Source: Lytechinus pictus
Taxonomy: Eukaryota
Length of the DNA: 64,000 nucleotides
Direction of reading: 5' to 3'
Assembly (NCBI RefSeq): GCF_037042905.1
Contig: NC_087250.1
Coordinates: forward strand, 12,030,001-12,094,000
Part shown: positions 1-13,725 of the stretch, one piece after another
Position numbering within the stretch: position 1 is the stretch's first letter
Layout: the number at the start of each line of letters is the position of its first letter
The notes under the pieces: generated by a model
The model's database searches: none
What the model saw: only the letters and a program-made list of their open reading frames with translations
What the model was told of the DNA's origin: nothing
Made by a program: the position numbers and the translations under genes

Positions 1-1584
1 TTCTGAAAGCAGTGAGAATGGAATTGTAATTTGACTTTGTAGACTGCAGTGCAGCCGTACGCCTTGGTATCAAGATAACCTACAATTACATTTGTAAGGA
101 TTTATATTCATCTCTCAATCTCATGTATTCGAAAATTAAACTAAAACAAAGTCATAGTATAAATCATATACAAAGAAAATTATATAATTAAAACTGGACA
201 CAACAGAATGATAAAATAGATATAAGACATTCAATAAATGAAAATGCTAAATGCATAATGCAGAAAATATCACATGTTTAAAAAAAAACAATAAACACTA
301 GATTCTGTCTTCATTACAAATTAATAGATTATTGATTGATAAACATACATGTACATGTACATGTAACCTTGACTATGCAAATTACAATTGCCAAAGGGAT
401 TGATTTAGGATAGACCTCTATTTTGATTCCAAGAGAATTTAAAAAGCAAAGAACAAGAAAAAAAAATCTTTCCAACACTCAAACTGGGAGACGTCCTCGA
501 TAACCTTGCGGGATATGAAACTGAAATACGGAAAATAGGAACTTGGTCTTTTGTACACAATTCTCTCTCCCCAGTCGATGTTAACACATCAAGAAATACA
601 TAAATATATTTTTCAAATGTCATGGCAAGTGAGCATGTGGATTATTTATACCACAAATATCCAGAAAAAAGGGGTCCGGAAAATTGAGGATAGACTTTAA
701 AGTCTTTATATTACATGAAGATCTGCTTTTCTAATAAAAAATAAAAATAAAAAAACCAAGGCAAAAGACGTCTACGCAACTATTGTTACAAACAGTAGGA
801 GTAAGCAGGGAGTGGGTTGGGCCATTTTAATTTTTATAAATTATAGCCGATTAAAAAAAAAATCAAATAAAGCCTAAAAAAGGTTGCTCAGCTCAAATGA
901 CCTTTAAGTACATACACCCCTATTAATAATAAAAAAAAAGAGCTATAGATCTAGTAGATTCTATGCATGATAACATTTAACCTGGGTCTGGAAACAGGAT
1001 GGGTGAGGTGGCACCACAGAACACCCCCCCCCCCCCCCCGGCCCCGCCTTCAAAACAGAGTCAACTTACATGTACACTCACTTACAAGTTACAGTTAGAG
1101 AAATTATAGTTTATACAAATCAACAAGTCTAATTAATTTTTTTAGAATATTGCATGATCATAAAGCCATAATAATCAAATAGGGACTTCCTTCATTTATT
1201 TATTTTAAGTGCTGATTTAATTATACATAAAAAATGAAACATTCATGATGAGACTAATAGTTGGTACTCGCGTACCGTGCATTGTCAATTGGAGTCGTTA
1301 ACTACACAAAATCCATAGCGAGCAACACGGCAGCCAACGCGAAATCTGTTCGCGCCCTCCGACGGGGGCCGAAATTTTCATAATCTGGTCGATACAGGCC
1401 CTTTTTCATGCAGAACGAGCAATCAGTGAGCATTGGTGAGTACGATTGATTTTGGTTTCAAAAAACCAAAAAACATTTCTGAATTCTTTCTAATACAGTC
1501 TTTTAATTGCCAAATGTTGCCAGATATGGATAAGTGTACAAATTACACAAACTTAGTGAGAAAAGTGAAGAAATTTTGACTTAC

Positions 1585-1630
1585 CTTGTCGGGTTGAGTC
1601 GCTCGCGAGGGGTTGGATCAATGTAAACAT
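1585..1630 (-). CDS. Possible first coding exon (MFTLIQPLASDSTRQ) of an unidentified gene running off the left edge
   Basis: On the minus strand, an ATG at 1630 and a strong donor AAG|GTAAGT at 1585/1584, in a CpG-enriched patch; could equally be a UTR exon. Confidence 0.4.
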
Positions 1631-1824
1631 GGAAAACTGCATATCGCACGAAAGAGAAAATAGTTTAGGTTAATGATATGCCGAGATTTTGGAAAACGAC
1701 CCAATCACTTTTAAATGAGAATGGTATCAATTCGCACATGTCGAATCACCGATAGCTAGAGAAGCACCGCGGCTGCAGCAAAATCCTCCGCACACTACGT
1801 ACAAAATATAGTACGAGCGCGAGA

Positions 1825-1838
1825 GCGCCATCTTGTGG
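1825..1838 (-). promoter_or_regulatory. CCACAAGATGGCGC, a CTCF/YY1-like motif upstream of the putative minus-strand first exon
   Basis: Contains the YY1 core AAGATGGCG and resembles the CTCF consensus; motif match only. Confidence 0.35.
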
Positions 1839-3288
1839 TGAATGACGATGCCTACTCAAATATATAGAAATATAGAATTTACCTGAATCTCAGACCCGTC
1901 TTATTTCCAAGAGCAAATGCTGGTTATTCTTTTTCCGTTATTTTTTTCTTCAACCAGTTGACTGTGTGCGCGGGCGACCGAATTATACGGCGACGGATTT
2001 TGGTACTAGTATTCAACCCGTCGGCACTAGTATTCAACCTAGCGATGAAAGATGGCCCTGTCTCTCAATCTGCCCTTGTCCCATCCGACTATGGACTAGA
2101 CCATTTGAGATGAGACCAAACAGGGAATTAATCAAAGCCAGAGACTTACATAGATCTAGATCTAATTTAGCAATCTAAACCCTTTTGAGATTTGCTATCA
2201 ATCCTCACTAGGTTGAATACTAGTACCATTCAGTGCAAAAGGCCATCGCCGCATAATTCGATCCTCCGCCCATACAGTCGACAGATTGACAAAGAAAATA
2301 TCGACAACAGATTACCCTGGAAATAACAAAGGTATGAAATTAAGATAAATTCCCTATTTCTAAATATTTTTAGGAATATGTCAAAATCTTTGAATTATGC
2401 CGGGTTGAATACTAGTACCCATACGGTAGACTAGAGTGAGTAGGCCTAGATCTAGAATCTAGACTAGACCAGGTCTGTCTATAGATGGCTAATCTAGAGC
2501 AATCTAACATAGTACATGTAGTTTAAAGTTAGGCCTCTAATCTATATACAAATCAAGACTCTATAACGTTAGAATAGATCTAGACTTATACTAGGCAGCT
2601 AGGTTTATATACTATTACTAGGGCATAGGCCTAGGCTCTAACGTTAATAGAAAGTCTAGTCTAGATCTAGCGAATTAGACATAGCCTAAACCTAGTTAAT
2701 AATAATATAAGCAGGATTTAGATCTAGAGGTTCTATATTGTCTATGCCTAACTCTGAGGAACCCACTGCCACTGGTAAATAAGTTTCCAATATTTGCATC
2801 CTACCAAAAAAATGATACATAGCCAGGCCTACATTACATGTCTTAAAGTTAGAGTCTTAGACTATGTTTTGTTGACTTGGCTAATAAAACCAACAAATCA
2901 ATCAATTAGACAATTGATCAGTCAGTCAATCAATCAATAAAAAAATCAATTATGATATTAACTAGACCTAGGGTTGAGCCTAAATTTAAATTCTAATCTC
3001 GATTTTCGTCTATTCTAGAAGTAGAACCTACATTAGGCCCTACTTAGATTACCTTTAAAGTTGCAAAGGCAAAAGCTCCTTAAATTTAAGTCAACTAGAC
3101 TCTACTCAATTCGCTTTTATTTGTAATAATGATGGTATCATTAGTCACTGATTTGAACATTCGTATGATGATTTTAAGTTTTATACAGATGTTTCCTGTT
3201 TCAATATTCTCATAATTTTTACGACGTCTTGTTTCAAAATCAGGGTCTCGATCGTAACACAAAAGTTAGCGATTGATCGTACGCTTAA

Positions 3289-4225
3289 GGACGTTCCACA
3301 GTTAAAGTGAAATCCATGTCATTTTCACCAAACTTTGCACATAGATACTTTAGAACCTTAATATTCGAAATATGCAAAAATTAACATAGGTCCATGTGCT
3401 TGATTTTTGCTATAGAGCTTCAAAGTTCACCCAAATTGATGTTCTTAAGAATTGCGCATTCAAAAGAATTTGGCATTTTTAGACCGCCCAAGATTACTAC
3501 AATGAGTTTAAACCTCTATTACTCAGTCAAAATACGTGAAAAAGTCATCAAATTCCGCAAGACAGTTAATAATTATATCATTAGAATGGAGAATCTATGT
3601 ATAGTGCTATTTGTTTGCAATTTTAGGTTTAACTGCACTGTCAGTTCTTAAAAATGGCGTAAAAGATAACATAATCCCAATCTAACAAATGTGAAATTTC
3701 AGTAACTAACTACAAACGTACAATAAATGCTGCACTTTATTCAAAATCCATGTCATTTTCACCAAAATTTGCATAGTTGTAGAGGAAGGTATACCTAAGA
3801 GGTACAAACATTAAAAAATAGGGGTTCATGTGCTTGTTTTTAAACTATCAGCATTTTTATTAGAGCAAATGTGCTTTTTAAAACACCAAAAATGCGCCGA
3901 ATGCTTTGTATCTGTGTGAAGAAAAAAATCAAAACCACTCTACCATTTATTCAAACTCAGGGTAATATTAGTGATTCTTGGCAGCACTGCAGAGTATAGT
4001 ATTTTGAAATTGTAGATAATTTTTTTTTTTAATGGTCCATGGAATAATTCCATTTTTTAGCTTCATGAAATAACGCATCGGATCTGCAGTTAAAGTGCAG
4101 AAGATGAGAAAAATCAGCTCATACCCGCAGCTAGTCAATCACCTGTTCATCCATTGTGACGTCAGCGCGCAGAGTGTAAACTATGCGCAGATCATAATGC
4201 GCACAAACATAACTGTGGAACGTCC
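3289..4225. mobile_element. Kolobok-like non-autonomous DNA transposon
   Basis: TIR GGACGTTCCACAGTTA/TAACTGTGGAACGTCC with a TTAA TSD on both sides. Confidence 0.85.
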
Positions 4226-5031
4226 TTAATGCAATCAATCGTAGAAAAGTGTTTTACGAGCAGCTAAGCTTTGTGTACCTCAAGTGATGTTTGTGGAGTG
4301 GAGCCTACACGAACATCACTTGACATGCTTGAGGTAAGGCAGCTTTGTGTTACGGGCCCCAGGTCGCAGACCAATCGAAGGTTTACAGTAGCCTTGGGCC
4401 TTGATTCACAATGGACTAGATCTATCCATAACTTTCTTTTCTTTCAAATCTATTGTGATCAAAGCCCCGTCTTGCAAAGAGTTACGAATGTTCCAATCAA
4501 TCTCAACTGTATGGAAATCCATACATACCATTTTCTTCTTCTTCTTCTTCCTATATAAGTACATACCACCTGTGGTGTATTGTCGTACTGTATTGTGGAC
4601 TTGAATGCTGAGTGCTGAGTATCCACCGTTGAAGTTGTGGTAAAAAATGCCAACATATATATAATATTTACATATTTACATATTTTGTTTTCGAGAGGAA
4701 ATTTACACAATAATCTCCTTAGACTAGTAAACAAAACAAATCACACTGAATCTTGACTCTTGAGAAGAGAACGGTGAATGTATGAATATACATCATATCT
4801 AGAAAATATTGTGAAAATAACCCCCTGCATTTTTAGATGTTGACGTTGCTGGCCATCCATAGTTGTGGTTGATCGGATCAATCGAAACTCTTTGTAAGAC
4901 GGGCCCTGGTGGGTGTTTTCATAAACATGATAAATTTGTTTGTAAAGTTACGCACAACTTTACATGTACGCATGACTGGAACATGCTCTTAGGTGATAAA
5001 GCAGCTATATATATATATTTAGATATATATA

Positions 5032-5851
5032 CAGTGCGTCCCACAAAAAACGAAACCGAGATTTAGCGATGATTTATCATAACTTAATCTAAATAATATA
5101 GACAAATGACCTACCATTGTAAAGCTTAGAATTTCCTCTTTCATCTGTAATTATTTAGATTATTTCTCATTCACGCATGAGTGAGCAAAAACAATTTGAA
5201 GAGGGGATACCAAAAAGTCACTTGGCTGGCTGTATTTGGGTTTCAAAAAGAAAACCACATTTTTAAAAAGTTTAATATATGCTCTTTAATATGATACCTC
5301 AATTACAGAAAATTATCAAGTAATAACAAAGTTCTGGTTATTTGAAATAAGGCTTGAATTTCATTAATTTCATAAAATGAAGAGGTTTTACAGGCTAGCG
5401 TTCAGCCTCACTCGACACTCCGTTTTGTTGACGATCACCCATGCATTAAGTCTTTTGTTAACCATGCGATAGCTTCTGCGGGAAACCGATGAAAACACGT
5501 TTATTTAATGAAATTATGGAAATACAAGCATTGTTTCGAGGGAACAGGACTTATTTACTTCTTGACCATTTTCTGTGATTAAGGTATTAAATAAAAGAGC
5601 AGATATTGAACTTTTTAGCCATGTGGTTTTCTTTATGAAATTCAGATACCCCCTCCAAATGAGTTTTTGATATCCTTTCTTCAAATTGTTTTTGCCCACT
5701 CATGCGTGAATGAGGAATAATCGAAATAATTTCAGATGAAAGAGTAGATTCTAAGCTTTGCTTCGGTAGGTCATTTGTTTATTTTATTTATGATTAAGTT
5801 AAATGATAAATCATCGCTAAATCTCGGTTTCGTTTTTTGTGGGACGCACTG
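5032..5851. mobile_element. Tc1/mariner-like foldback MITE with long TIRs, inserted in (TA)n
   Basis: CAGTGCGTCCCACAAAAAACGAAACCGAGATTTAGCGATG and its exact reverse complement at the ends; imperfect arms of ~300 bp; TA flanks. Confidence 0.9.
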
Positions 5852-5899
5852 TATATATATATAATTTAGCACAAATAGGATCACCAGCAATGCGTAAAG

Positions 5900-6985
5900 C
5901 AATGGTTACCAAACCCAATCAGCTCTACGAATCGGGGACAAAAAGATCCGGTATAAATTCCTAATCAGAGCAAAATCGCCAAGAATTGACTACCCAGAAT
6001 CCCTCGAATGTTTCACAGAATCCATTCGAATTCCATCCGAATATATCCCGAAAGTGGCCCGAATGAAATTTGTCGTGGCCACATTATTTTGGAGGTACTC
6101 GGCTGGTTTTGAACATTTAAAAACGAGCCGAATCCCTGCACGAATGGTCCCGAATCCATCCCGAGTTTTCTCGCGTTCGGGGAGGGAGAACAAAATTTTC
6201 CCGAAATCTCCCGAATACGTGTAATCTGAATTAGGGGAATAGGTTCCGAAACCATCAGGCCGTGTTCTGGCAGAATCGGTCCGAATTTATTCGGGAGAAA
6301 TCGGTTCTGCACTGTTAGAAAATGTATCCTTAAAATAAAAGAAGTTCTTGCAGCAGAGTCTCGAGAACACATGTAATCTTACCAGATCATGTCAAATTAC
6401 AGGAAATTTGTATTTGATGTTTGGAACCTTACATATTTCCTTTAATAAAACACCCTTTTCCCTTTTTTAAACAGACCTGTTAAATTGCAGAAAAAAATCC
6501 TGTTTTATGAATTTACAGAATGATTCTGTTATTGCTTTCTGGAAAATCTTCTCTTTTTTCCTGTAAAATCCGTTTTTTAAACATGTTTAACAGTGTGATG
6601 TAACCCTGGCTTAAAGCAATTTGTTATAATATGGACAACTTTTAAGCCAGGGTTAGACCAAAACCAAATTCTCCCGAATAAATTGTGACCGATTTTCCTC
6701 CCGAATGTGTCCAAGACAAATTTCATTCAGGTCACATTCGGGATGTATTCGGATGGAATTCGGTTGGATTCTAGCTAGGAGGCATTCAGTGTATTCTGGA
6801 CAGTCAATTCTTGGCGATTCTGCTCTGATTCCTGACCTACTCCGGACCTATTATTCGTCTATGATTCCGACGAACTCCGCGAATCAGAGACGAATAGGTT
6901 TCGGATCCAACCGAGTCAGGCCATATTCGGGCAGAATCGGTCGGAAATTATTCGGGAGACTTATGTTTTGGTGTAACCCTGGCCT
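5900..6985. mobile_element. Two oppositely oriented copies of a CCGAA-rich MITE; the first carries a CACTG...CAGTG insert (6310-6596)
   Basis: GCCAGGGTTA...TAACCCTGGC termini (6647-6983); 5960-6300 is the approximate reverse complement of 6670-6960. Confidence 0.65.
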
Positions 6986-8018
6986 TATTCAACACCCAAC
7001 TGGACTAATCTGACAAGGGCCATGCAAAATCTCCAGTGCAATTCAAGCTTAATTACAACAACAAAGGTTTACCTTGAATACTGGTCAAATTATAGATGAG
7101 AACATGACAAATAAATTTGAAATAGCTTTGCCATTATTTCCATTGCTGATCATGTTAATGCAGTCGAGTCTTGCATTAATGTTGTGGCCAAGCCAAGTTA
7201 TTGTTGCTGAAATGGATGAAATTGTAAAAGTTTCCATTACTGTATTTCTAAATTCTGTTATCATGCAGATCCTCATTAATGCCATTGTTATCTTGTATAA
7301 AAAGTATTGATCTTATGACTATCATACAGATATTGGATGCATGATATAGAGTTGTATTAATTTTTTTCATTTTTATACAGACTTCCAAATCATTAACACA
7401 ATCCAAAATGAATCTGATTGTATTTTGCATCACACTCGCAGCGGTCGTAGGTAAGTTTGATTTTAGTTTAATTTGTGTTAAGCTAAAAGAATATTCTTGG
7501 ATCTTTTCATGTAATAACAAATATTTGACTGTATAACTGTTTTGCCTTCTCAATCTGGAGACTTGCATTGAAATTTTGTTTGACAACAATGGGAGTTGAG
7601 TTATATCGTGAAATGGAGAAAAGCGATTCGTACACTGCAAAATCACTGGTGTCAATTCAACACACACCTACCTGGTATCTATATGTCCACACCGGAGTAG
7701 TGTTAAACAACACTTATTTTGTTTTGGTGCAATACCAGATAGGTGTTTATACGGCACCAATTAGTAATCAAGACTAACGTCTTGGTACATAAGCCCATTA
7801 TAGACCACCATCGATCTTATCAGAATCAATCAGTGTTATCAAATACACTCTCATCTTTACCTTCATTTAGTGCATTCTGGGTATTTACATGTATGTATTT
7901 TCCATTTTGCATAATTCATAATTGTATTAAATAGTATCTATATCGAGGCTATAAACACCTTGGAATACAGGCTTATCACAGACCACTATCCGTTTTATCA
8001 ATTAATCAGTGATATTAA

Positions 8019-8607
8019 AGGAGAATGAAACCGTTGGAATAAGATAGCTTGTGTGAAAACAGAAAAATCCAAGAAACATATCAACAAAAGTTTGAGAAAG
8101 ATCGGACAGACAATGAGAAAGTTATCAGCATTTGAATATTGTGATCACTAATGCTTTGGAGATCCTCAAATTGGCAAAGCGACAAAGATGTGTGATGTCA
8201 CTTGTGAACAACTCTCCCCGTTACGTTAGTATATATTTCACTTAAATTGCCTCTTTTATTACATCTATCAGTAGATCATGTGTTCTTTCTATATAGGAGG
8301 GCATGTAATACAGATTTTTTTTAAGAATACATCATGGATAAAGAGTTTGTATCACCGTAAGAAAAAGCAAAAAGAGACATTTTGAGGGTACTTTATAGTC
8401 CATCAAAGGGAAAGTTGTTCACATGTGACATCACACATCCTTGTCGCATTGCCAATGGGAGGATCTCCATAGCATTAGTGATTGCAATATTCAAATGCTC
8501 ATAACTTTCTCATTATTTGTCCGATTTTTCTCAAACTTTCTTTGTTCTTATTCTTTGATTTTTCTGTTTCGACACAAGCCTACTTGTTCCAAAGGTTTCA
8601 CTCCCCT
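8019..8607. mobile_element. Kolobok-like MITE
   Basis: TTAA|AGGAGAATGAAACC...GGTTTCACTCCCCT|TTAA; largely palindromic; a sister copy lies at 31755-32303. Confidence 0.85.
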
Positions 8608-9372
8608 TTAAAGATACTCTCCTCTTTCTTCAGCATCAGTTCCATAAGCTACACTGTATATACTGCGGTGTTAATACTGACACCAGTTGGTGTTAATAGA
8701 GGACCACACCCCGAGGTGTTAAAATTACACCCTAGAGATTGAACATAACACCAAAGAGTGTAAATGTAACAACCAAAGGTGTTGTAATAACACCTATAGG
8801 TGTAAAACTAACACCACCAATTTAACACCGGTGTAAAATAACTGGTGTGGTCCTCTATGTACACCGGTTAACACCACAGTTTTTGCTGTGTACAGTATGT
8901 ATAAGGATCATCCATTTTGTATAATTGACAATACGATCTAAGACTGTATAAAAATGTCTCCATGTAACGACTCACTCCTCTGTACACAAGCCTATTTTAG
9001 ACCACCAGCCATCGTATCAGATCGAATTAATCAGTGTTATTAAAGATTAGGCCTGGGAGTAAACATCGATTGATCGAATGGTTCGAATGGCTTGCCGCCG
9101 ATTGCTAATCGATTAGCAAAATTTACACTAAAACTTGCAGGAGTAAGAAAAATAAAGCAAATAATGTTATTTTTATGACTGCTCCGTGCATTTCCCTGAC
9201 GTGTCACAGCTGTGGGGATACCTGACTGGTGCTGGTGAATGTGATTGCGATGATCCGTATGTGGTTGATTATTAATTCAAATCAATTATGTTATGTTCAA
9301 TGAAAATGTACTACATGTCAGGTATAACATACGTGAAAGAAAAATAAAACAAATGATGCATATTTGTTACAG

Positions 9373-9497
9373 CTCCGTGCGTTTCCTTGACGTGTCACAG
9401 CTGTGGATACCTGATTGGTGTTGGTGACTATGACTGCGATGACCCGTATGTCACAAATACCGACAATGTTACATGCGATGATAGTTGGTATTGCAAG
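9373..9497 (+). CDS. Ly6/uPAR three-finger (quiver-like) protein, internal exon (PCVSLTCHSCGYLIGVGDYDCDDPYVTNTDNVTCDDSWYCK)
   Basis: ttacAG acceptor and aag|gtaagt donor; LxCxxC...CxDP...C...C pattern; ends in phase 0, matching the exon at 23321. Confidence 0.85.
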
Positions 9498-9759
9498 GTA
9501 AGTAAAAAATAAAAATAAAAAAAGGCCTGTGACATCACATCGGGGTATCGCCTAGCCTAGCATTTTATCTTGGCAGTAAAGGCAGCTAGTCTGATAAGTG
9601 TTTAAAAAATTGGATCTAGATATATAGATCTAATCCTATAATGCCTATGTAACTATGTAAGGGTACCGGTAATTTGAGCATGTTGAGGGTGCTGATTCAT
9701 TCGTGGCAACGTGAACGCTAACGAACACTGATCGAGGCACTGACAATAAGCCAGTGTTT

Positions 9760-12700
9760 TTTCAATTCAATTTATTTTTATTTCATTTTCAACAGAACAA
9801 AGTAATGTGGTCAAAATAGTTACAGTGCACTTATGCAGACAAAAAAAATTCAGGCATGTACAGTATATGATATTTATCTAAGTATCTAAGTAAAAGCAAA
9901 ACAAAGCAGAGTATTATAAGCAAAATATCATAACCATTATAAAATAAATTTCTGAGAAAATGGAGGGATCCACTAAAAAGCATTACTTGTATTGTGTGGA
10001 CCCCTCTAAATAATTATTTTAGAATTGCCTACGAAGACAGACACGAAGGTGACAAAACAGAGAACAGCAGAACAAAAAAAAACGAACAAGAAACAATAAA
10101 AATGGAAGCACATACAAGGGATATGCAAATAAAAAGGGAAAAAGAGATAAAGAAATATAATAGAGCAGGACTTCAACACGCGGATAATAATAAAAAAAAA
10201 TAACTTAAGCCCCTTTCACAATTGACGTACGACCATTTGCGACCTTTTGGTCGTGCGACAGGCTGCAACAGGCATCAATCGCTAGTCATCTCATAAGATC
10301 GCACAGAGGCTTTCACAGTTGCAACAGCTGTCGTACAACAAAAACAACCAGTAAACCCCGTTGCACGAGTAAGTCGCATATGCTCTTATTGTGCTCGTGC
10401 GATCACATGCGAGTGTTGCACGAGGGATTGCGAGTGGAACGGTCGCATACATGCGAATGAAACGGTGGTGCAATGTTGTAAGCCGTTGCGATCGGTCTTG
10501 CAACAGTCTTATGGCCCATATCATTATCGCAACCAGTCGCAAGACAGGTCTCTGTACATGTAGGTCGCTTGCATATGTGCAAGTGTTGCACGACCTCCAG
10601 TCAAGTAAATGCGACTACTTAGTTGTGCCACCTCTCGCACCAAGTCGTACAACGTTGAACAACACTCGCACGATGATCGCCCGACCGATGGTACGACCCC
10701 GGGTACGGCCTGATGCGAGTGAATCGATCGTGTTTGATCGCGTTCGGATTTTGAACATGTTCAAAGTTCAGATGTGACCAGTCACGACCACCTCGAGTTC
10801 GTGCGACCGTCTACAACGACTGCGAGTGCTCGCAAGACACCAAGAGATCGATCGTGCAACAACAAGAAAAAACTGTTGCAGGCGGTCGTAAACTGGTCGG
10901 ACGTCAATTGTGAAAGGGGCTGAACGGTCGCATACATGCGAATGCAACGGTAGTGGAATGTAGTAAGCCGTAATTTCGATCGGTCTTGCAACAGTCTCAT
11001 ATTATCGCACCCAGTCGCAAGACTGGTCTCTGTAGGTCTCCAGCACATGTGCAAGTGTTGTACGACCTCCAGTCGACTAAATGCGACTATACTTAGTTGT
11101 GCCACCTCTCGCACCAAGTCGTACAACGTTGAACAACACTCACACGATGATCGCCCGACCGATGGTACGACCTGTTGCGAGTGAATCAATCGTATTTGAT
11201 CGCGTTTGGATTTTGAACATGTTCAAAGTTCAGATGCGACCAGTCACGATCACCTCCGACCACCTCGAGTTTGTGCGATCGTCTACAACGACTGCGAGTG
11301 CTCGCAAGACACCAAGGGATCGATCGTGCAACAACAAGAAAAAACTGTTGCAGGTGGTCGTAAACAGGTCGTACGTCAATTGTGAAAGGGGCTTTAAGGA
11401 GGCATGAAATGGTGAATTTAATGATATTATTTATTTAAAATTGAGGAAATGATGACCTGTATGATTTCAGAAAATTATTTTTAAGTTTCATTTTAAAAGA
11501 ACAGAGGGATGGGCTTTTAATGGTATCTTCACTAAGGGAGTTCCAAAATCTCGGGCCATCGTATAAATATTTTTTTTAGCTAACAGTGTTCTCAAAAGAG
11601 GTAAAATGAACTCATTAGACTGTCTCGTAAGGTAATGATGAAATGAACGATTTTGAGGGAACATTGAATCAAATACGTGAGGAAGTGAATTGTTATTATA
11701 TTTATACATAAATTGGCCTAAGTGAAACAGATATAGATCATTTATTTTTAGCAGCTTGTTTTCAGCAAACAATGGGTCTGTGTGTGAAAGAAATGAAGAA
11801 TGGTTAATTATACGGAGATATTTCTTTTGTAATAAAAGAAGTCTGTTTAATAAAACTTGGTGGGCATTGCCCCAAACAAGAATGCCGTAGTTCAAATGTG
11901 GTAAGATTAAAGAAGAATAAAGCATTAATAAGGTTCGTGGAGGAAAATGAAATTTCAGTTTATTTATTATGCCGATGTTGCGTGAAATCGCTTTACAAAT
12001 ATTTTCAATGTGATATTTCCACGAACGTTTGTTATCGACAGTTATGCCTAGGAACTTTATAAACGAAACAACTTCTAAAGGGGTATCATAAAAACACAAT
12101 GTTTGCGGGCAGTGTGTCTATGGAGTTACTAAATAACATGTATTTTTTTTTTAGATTAAGGGATAATTTGTTAGCTCTTATCCACTGAGTAACCTTTTCT
12201 AGCTCAGAATTTACTATATTTAGTAGTGTGTTTGGATTTTTATGAGAATAAAAAAGATTAGAATCGTCGGCAAAAAATATGAACGAAAGAATATCGGATG
12301 ATTTACAAAAATCATTAATGTAAATGATAAATAATAAAGGACCTAACGGACTACCCTGTGGGACTCCGCAATTTATATTTCGCATATTGGATGTAAAGTC
12401 GTTTAATGTTACGTACTGACGTATATTGGATAAGTAGCTCCTGAACCACTCCAAGGCCTTCCCACGCACCCCATAGTGAGTGAGTTTACGTAATAATATA
12501 TTGTGATTGATTGTGTCGAAGGCCTTGGAGAAGTCCAGGAAGATACCAACCATGTGTGAAGAGTTGTCGAGAGCATGTGCCACTTTGTCAATGAAATATA
12601 ATAAGGCATGTTCAGTATTATGTTTTTTCTAAAGCCAAACTGGTAATCGGAGAAAATAGTGTGTGCTTTCAAAAAGTTAATAGTTCTACTGTAAACAACC

Positions 12701-13325
12701 TTTTCTAAAATTTTTGATATGGAGGACAATAAGGAAATAGGTCTGTAATTATTGACATTAAGCTTATCAACTTTTTTTAAAAGAGGTATTACTTTACCAA
12801 TTTTCATGTTGACCATTTTGTAATGAAAGGTTTAAAATATGCAGCAAAGGGTTAACATAGAGGAAATTACACCCTTCAAAATAAAATTGTTGATATCATC
12901 ATAGCCAGGACTTTTTTGTTATTCAAACTAGACACAATATAGATAATTTCTTGTTCAACAACAGGGGTAAAGAATATAGAATTTGTATTAGGTATGCCCA
13001 GATAATCAGAAAAATGCTTGTTCGAAGGAGGGACTTCATGAGCTAAGTTTACCCCTGTAGAGGAAAAATGGTTGTTAAAAATATTGGCAATAATTTCAGT
13101 CTTCAACAATTTCATCATTATCCCTTATTTTAGTTATGCTTGTTTTGTTATTTGATAAATTCATGGCTTGTTTTAAAATCTTCCGTGTACCTTTGCATGT
13201 CGTTCTTATATAAATGTAATTGTTTCGTGAAGTATTTTTTCTTTGCTAGTCGTACTGTTTTAATTAGTCAAAATATTTTTTGTATCTGGAATACTTAATT
13301 TTAGCTTGCTCGTTCGTAGTTCCTT
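9760..13325 (-). mobile_element. 5'-truncated, frameshifted CR1/L2-group LINE (RT region), with a MITE inserted in its 3' UTR
   Basis: ORFs 11488-13118 contain YRPISLL, DFSKAFDT, GVPQGSPLGPLLF, FADD and FLGI; short (TTGAA)-like tail near 9760. Confidence 0.92.
10208..11393. mobile_element. PIF/Harbinger-like MITE with internal tandem duplication of its right ~480 bp
   Basis: TIR AGCCCCTTTCACAATTGACGTACGACC with a TTA TSD; extra right TIR ending at 10921. Confidence 0.85.
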
Positions 13326-13326
13326 T

Positions 13327-13725
13327 CTGCGCATGATCAAAAGATTCTACGCATGATCAGAGGAATGTAATTTGTACTAAAGTGACATGGTGGTTTAAAA
13401 TCTAATGAGATAAGCACCAACTTTGATGTCTTGATTATTCATATATTCTTTTGAATAGTGGTTTTCATTTACATCCACAAAAAAACAACAATGCGTCCAC
13501 AAACGACTGGTATTTTACAGTTTGCCAAGTACATTGTGCAACATGCTATGATATGCATTCAAAGTAGGAATGCAAAAAATACCTTCATAAAGTGTTCATT
13601 AGTGTGCTATTCTAGTCACCTGGTCTATTCAATTTCTTCATCCTGCTATGTAAGGCAAGCTTACGTAATATCTTGCTTTGAAATCTGCCTATAAAATTGT
13701 CCATGAAGTAACTACGAACTGGTCC
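13327..13725. mobile_element. Partial copy of a ~450-bp MITE; an inverted copy (18477-22730) is split by the second LINE
   Basis: The reverse complement matches 18477-18682 and 22528-22730; terminus AACTACGAACTGG. Confidence 0.8.

Noticed and set aside
7074..7310. Hydrophobic ORF as the Ly6 signal-peptide exon
   Set aside because: No convincing phase-1 donor at a suitable position.
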